Shown here: piece after piece, positions 60,332-64,000 of the stretch
Layout of the letters: every line of letters starts with the position of its first letter
How positions within the stretch are numbered: the first letter of the stretch is position 1
NCBI GenBank assembly: GCA_017410525.1
Contig: JAFQQQ010000003.1
Location: 123,434 to 187,433 of the forward strand
Source: Bacilli bacterium
GTDB taxonomy: Bacteria; Bacillota_I; Bacilli_A; RF39; UBA660
Length of the DNA stretch: 64,000 bases
Direction of reading: 5' to 3'
Notes under the pieces: generated by a model
Seen by the model: the letters and a program-made list of their open reading frames with translations, nothing else
Database searches by the model: none
What the model was told of the DNA's origin: nothing
Program-made: the position numbers and the translations under genes

Positions 60332-61602
60332 TATTCACCTATACTTTCATCAAGAAAATTTATTAATTCTTCTGAATTTATTTTATATTCTTCTTTTGTT
60401 TCATTATTTTTTATAGTGATTATATTAGTATTTTTTTCTTCTTCTCCTATAATAATAACAAACTTACTATTTAGTCTATCAGCCATTTTAAAATTATTTT
60501 TAATATTTCTATTATTATAATCTATATCAGTTATAAAACCATTAAGTCTTAGTTCCATACATAAATGAGCACAGTATTCTTTCTCATTTTCACTCATAGG
60601 AATAATATAACAATCTATACCATTTATTAAAGGCATACTAACATTTTCATAATCTAAAGCGGTCATTAATCTTTCTATTCCCATAGCAAACCCAACACCA
60701 CTAGTTTTAGGTCCATCTAATGTTTCTACAAGATTATCATATCTTCCCCCACCACATAAAACATTTTGACTACCAAAACCTTCTACACTAGCTTCTACTT
60801 CAAATACTGTATGAGTATAATAATCTAAACCTCTAACTAAGTTAGTATTAACTGAATATTCTATATGCATACTATCTAAATATTTTTTTACCATTTCAAA
60901 ATGTTTTTTACTAGTTTCATTTAAATAATCAATTGTTTTAGGTGCATTCTTCATAATATCTAAATTAGCATCTACTTTACAATCTAATATTCTTAAAGGA
61001 TTTTTATTAAATCTTTCCTTGCAATCTTCACATAAATCATTTATATAAGGTTCAAAATATTTAATTAAAGCATTTCTATACATTTCTCTAGATTCACTAT
61101 CACCAAGTGTATTTATATTAACTTTAATTCCTTTAAGACCTAATAATTTATATAGATTTACTGGTATACTTATAACTTCTGCATCAGCAAGTGGATCTTC
61201 ACTACCAAATACTTCTACACCAAATTGATAGAACTCTCTAAATCTTCCTGATTGAGGTCTTTCATATCTAAACATAGGACCATAATACCATGCTTTAACT
61301 GGTATAGTATGATTTCCATACATTTTATTTTCAATAAAACTTCTAACTATACTAGCAGTTCCTTCCGGTCTTAAAGTTAAATCTCTATCTCCTCTATCTT
61401 TAAAATCATAAGTTTCCTTAGTTACTATATCTGTTGTTTCACCTACACCTCTGTGGAATAGATTACTAGATTCAAATATGGGAGTTCTAAAATATTCATA
61501 ATTATATTTTTCCATTAATCCTTCAATTAATTCTTCTACATATAATAATCTTTTACCATATTCTCCAAATACATCATAAGTACCTTTTGCTTTTTGTATC
61601 AT
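60331..61602 (-). CDS. hisS: Histidine--tRNA ligase
   Basis: 423 aa. KGTYD, LRPEGTA, the FRYERPQSGRFREFYQ motif 2 and GGGRYD motif 3. Confidence 0.96.
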   Translation of the reverse strand: MIQKAKGTYDVFGEYGKRLLYVEELIEGLMEKYNYEYFRTPIFESSNLFHRGVGETTDIVTKETYDFKDRGDRDLTLRPEGTASIVRSFIENKMYGNHTIPVKAWYYGPMFRYERPQSGRFREFYQFGVEVFGSEDPLADAEVISIPVNLYKLLGLKGIKVNINTLGDSESREMYRNALIKYFEPYINDLCEDCKERFNKNPLRILDCKVDANLDIMKNAPKTIDYLNETSKKHFEMVKKYLDSMHIEYSVNTNLVRGLDYYTHTVFEVEASVEGFGSQNVLCGGGRYDNLVETLDGPKTSGVGFAMGIERLMTALDYENVSMPLINGIDCYIIPMSENEKEYCAHLCMELRLNGFITDIDYNNRNIKNNFKMADRLNSKFVIIIGEEEKNTNIITIKNNETKEEYKINSEELINFLDESIGE

Positions 61603-61651
61603 ATAATCACTTCTTTCACTTTAAATAGTATACAATTTTTTTATGTTTTTA

Positions 61652-62713
61652 TCAATCTTTAACTTTAACTTTCTTTATATTTTTAGTAATATCATCTTTA
61701 TAGTATTTATAGGTTGTTACTATTATAATAGCAAGTGGGAATGAAATAAATACTCCAAGTAAGCCAAATATTATTCCACCTGCAAATAATCCTATTATAG
61801 TTATTAATGGATGAATAGAATTAGTTTTACCATAAATAGTTGGATTTATTACATAACTATCTACTGCACTTAATAATATAAACGAAATAACTGTTCTAAT
61901 AAGTAAAGCAGGACTTACTACAAAAGCTGTTATAGCAGCTACTATATTAACTGCAATACCCCCAAAATAAGGAATAAGGTTAGCAATTGCAGCTAAAAAA
62001 CCTAAAAGAATTGCATTTGGATGTCCAATAATCGTATAAACTAATGTATATTCAACTAAAGATATTATAGTTACTTGAACCATTCCATTTAAATAATCTT
62101 TCATTTCATGATCTAAAGTTTTAACATAATTAAAAGTCTTTTTACTTTTCTTACTAAAGAAAAATTTTATTTCTTCTCTTATTTTATCCATATCTATTAA
62201 GAAATATATAAATGAAGCAAATACTATAAATATAGTAGAGATTGCTCCTAATGATGAATCTATTATATTAATTGCTCCATCTGATACATAAGTACCTAAA
62301 TTAGTAAGTATTGTTTTAAATGTATCAGTTAAACTAGTTTCTAAACCTGCAAAGTTAAAATCAAAACTAGTTTCTCCTAATGAATTAATAAATTCAATTA
62401 TACTACTAAAGAATGTTGATAATTGGCCTAGCATTACAGTAGCAATTAAATATATAACTAAACTAGCTAGTCCTAAAATTATAAATACTATTATAGATAT
62501 TCCTAACCATTTAGGTATTTTTTTATCCATCATTTTTTGTAAGAAAGGATGAACTGCATAAGCAACAGCAAATGCAAATAAGAAAGGTAAAGTTATTTGT
62601 AAAATCTTATCAGTTACACCCATCCATAAATGTCCTGTTTGATAAAGCAAGAAAACAATTAAAGCTACTATAGCAACATTTACTAATTTATAATTAAGTT
62701 TATCTTTAAACAT
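61652..62713 (-). CDS. AI-2E family transporter (PerM/YtvI-like permease)
   Basis: 353 aa with about 8 TM segments and an IPYFGG motif. Confidence 0.75.
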   Translation of the reverse strand: MFKDKLNYKLVNVAIVALIVFLLYQTGHLWMGVTDKILQITLPFLFAFAVAYAVHPFLQKMMDKKIPKWLGISIIVFIILGLASLVIYLIATVMLGQLSTFFSSIIEFINSLGETSFDFNFAGLETSLTDTFKTILTNLGTYVSDGAINIIDSSLGAISTIFIVFASFIYFLIDMDKIREEIKFFFSKKSKKTFNYVKTLDHEMKDYLNGMVQVTIISLVEYTLVYTIIGHPNAILLGFLAAIANLIPYFGGIAVNIVAAITAFVVSPALLIRTVISFILLSAVDSYVINPTIYGKTNSIHPLITIIGLFAGGIIFGLLGVFISFPLAIIIVTTYKYYKDDITKNIKKVKVKD

Positions 62714-62717
62714 ATAA

Positions 62718-63155
62718 TCATCTACTTTCTAGAATAATTGTTACAGGTCCATCATTTACAATACTAACTTTCATATCAGCACCAAATATACCTTTTTCAA
62801 CTTTAATAAATTCACTTAATTTATCATTAAATTCATTATATAAATTTATAGCATTTTCTCCACCCATAGCATTTATATAACTAGGTCTATTACCTTTTTT
62901 AGTATCTGCATATAAAGTAAACTGAGAAATACTAAGAACACTTCCACCTACATCAAGAATATTTTTATTCATGATACCATTTTCATCATCAAATATTCTT
63001 AAATTAACTACTTTTTTTACTAAATAATCTATATCGTAACTAGTATCAGTATGAGTAAATCCAACAAGTAACACAAGCCCTTTATCTATACATCCTACTA
63101 TCTTATCATCAACACTCACACTAGAATTTAAACTTCTTTGCACTAATACTTTCAT
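62718..63155 (-). CDS. dtd: D-aminoacyl-tRNA deacylase
   Basis: 145 aa. MKVLVQR start, SQFTLYADTKKGNRPS motif. Lies downstream of relA. Confidence 0.93.
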   Translation of the reverse strand: MKVLVQRSLNSSVSVDDKIVGCIDKGLVLLVGFTHTDTSYDIDYLVKKVVNLRIFDDENGIMNKNILDVGGSVLSISQFTLYADTKKGNRPSYINAMGGENAINLYNEFNDKLSEFIKVEKGIFGADMKVSIVNDGPVTIILESR

Positions 63156-63162
63156 AACGCAC

Positions 63163-64000
63163 CTATTTTATAAGTCTTTCTACAGCTGTTATTTTATCTA
63201 ACATTTCTAAATCGTTGATAAATTTTAATAATTTTTCTTTATTTGGAACAAGTAAATTTATATCAAACATATAATCATCTTCTGTAATAATAGTATTTAT
63301 ACTTTGAATTATTACATCAGATGAAGATGTTTTAGATATTATATCTATAAGTATATTTTTATTGTTATTTATTTTTAATGAATGCACTAATATATTAGTT
63401 GAATATTTTTTATCAATAGAATCATTCCATGAAACATCAATTAATCTTTCATCTAATTCACTTATATTAGGACATACACTTCTATGTACACTAATACCAT
63501 TACCTTTAGTAATATAACCCACTATTCTATCCCCAGGTATCGGTTTACAACAAGCAGCAATATTAACTTTTATTTCATCTATTCCTTTAACTATAATATC
63601 ATTTTTTACATTTATTTTAGTTTCAGTATTACTATTAACTTTATTTAATATCATTTCTTCCTTAGAGATTTCTTCTGTATTTATAATATTAATAACTGAT
63701 ATAGGACTAAACTTATTACTTCCAATATTTATATATAATTCTGTTAAATCTCCTATGTGTAGTTCATCTAATATTTTTTCTATATTTTCATCTCTATAAA
63801 ACTCACTAGAGGAGATTTTTTTTCTTCTAAGTTCTTTATTTAATAATTCTTCACCTTTTTTTAGATTTTCTTCTTTATCTATCCTATTGAAGAAGGCTTT
63901 TATTTTATTTTTTGCTTGAGCAGTATAAGCCATATTAATCCATTCTTTTGATGGAGTTGATGCTTTATTAGTATTTATTTTTATTATGTCATTATCTTGT
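63163..64000 (-). CDS. relA: GTP pyrophosphokinase RelA/SpoT family (C-terminal part; 5' end beyond the right edge)
   Basis: The frame stays open to the window edge (..QDNDIIKINTNKASTPSKEWINMAYTAQAKNKIKAFF..). CCKPIPGDRIVGYITKGNGISVHRSVCPN plus an ACT domain. The ORF-track M at 63933 is internal. Confidence 0.9.
   Translation of the reverse strand, partial: QDNDIIKINTNKASTPSKEWINMAYTAQAKNKIKAFFNRIDKEENLKKGEELLNKELRRKKISSSEFYRDENIEKILDELHIGDLTELYINIGSNKFSPISVINIINTEEISKEEMILNKVNSNTETKINVKNDIIVKGIDEIKVNIAACCKPIPGDRIVGYITKGNGISVHRSVCPNISELDERLIDVSWNDSIDKKYSTNILVHSLKINNNKNILIDIISKTSSSDVIIQSINTIITEDDYMFDINLLVPNKEKLLKFINDLEMLDKITAVERLIK

Noticed and set aside
1-64000. Possibility that this very AT-rich sequence uses the Mollicutes code (TGA = Trp).
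   Set aside because: All conserved proteins are full length under the standard code. Trp positions use TGG, and TGA serves as a genuine stop (pilD at 27980-27982, inside its terminator hairpin).

Overview
This is a very AT-rich (by eye roughly 25-30% G+C), gene-dense window from a Bacillota chromosome. About 85% of genes are on the minus strand. The standard genetic code applies: full-length ORFs are intact, TGG encodes Trp, and TGA is used as a stop. Gene order follows Bacillus-like housekeeping modules: murG-murB-divIB-ftsA-ftsZ, rpsO-pnp, dnaG-sigA-trmK, comEA-comEC, cvpA/rnhC, ybeY-dgkA-era-yqzL-recO and relA-dtd-hisS-aspS. A SigG-like sigma factor, a YlbJ-like protein and a YjcZ-like protein point to an endospore former. 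I saw no rRNA, tRNA, CRISPR array, transposase or integrase. Two cis-regulatory RNAs are clear: a glmS ribozyme upstream of glmS and an Asp (GAC) T-box leader upstream of aspS. I hand-called several features missing from the ORF track: a truncated sigG, three or four small ORFs, a dinD pseudogene and a decayed comEC fragment. The least ordinary content is listed below.
1. A Tad-type pilus operon sits between recO and murC. It has no Flp pilin or TadV, and its TadB platform carries an N-terminal Ig-like (DUF5011-type) module with no signal peptide.
2. A scattered type IV pilus/Com-like locus has a PilB with a C-terminal E/K-repeat tail and a PilC with a roughly 195 aa N-terminal membrane/coiled-coil extension.
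3. A two-gene module is inserted inside the normally contiguous hisS-aspS operon. One gene is a stand-alone E2-like acyltransferase whose catalytic His is replaced.
4. An RNase J paralog in the division cluster has degenerate metal ligands.
5. comEC has an N-terminal region with no canonical start codon, and a decayed copy of its MBL-domain segment lies 2 kb away next to a dinD pseudogene.
None of these is proven novel from sequence alone. All family assignments rest on motifs recognised by eye, not on database searches.
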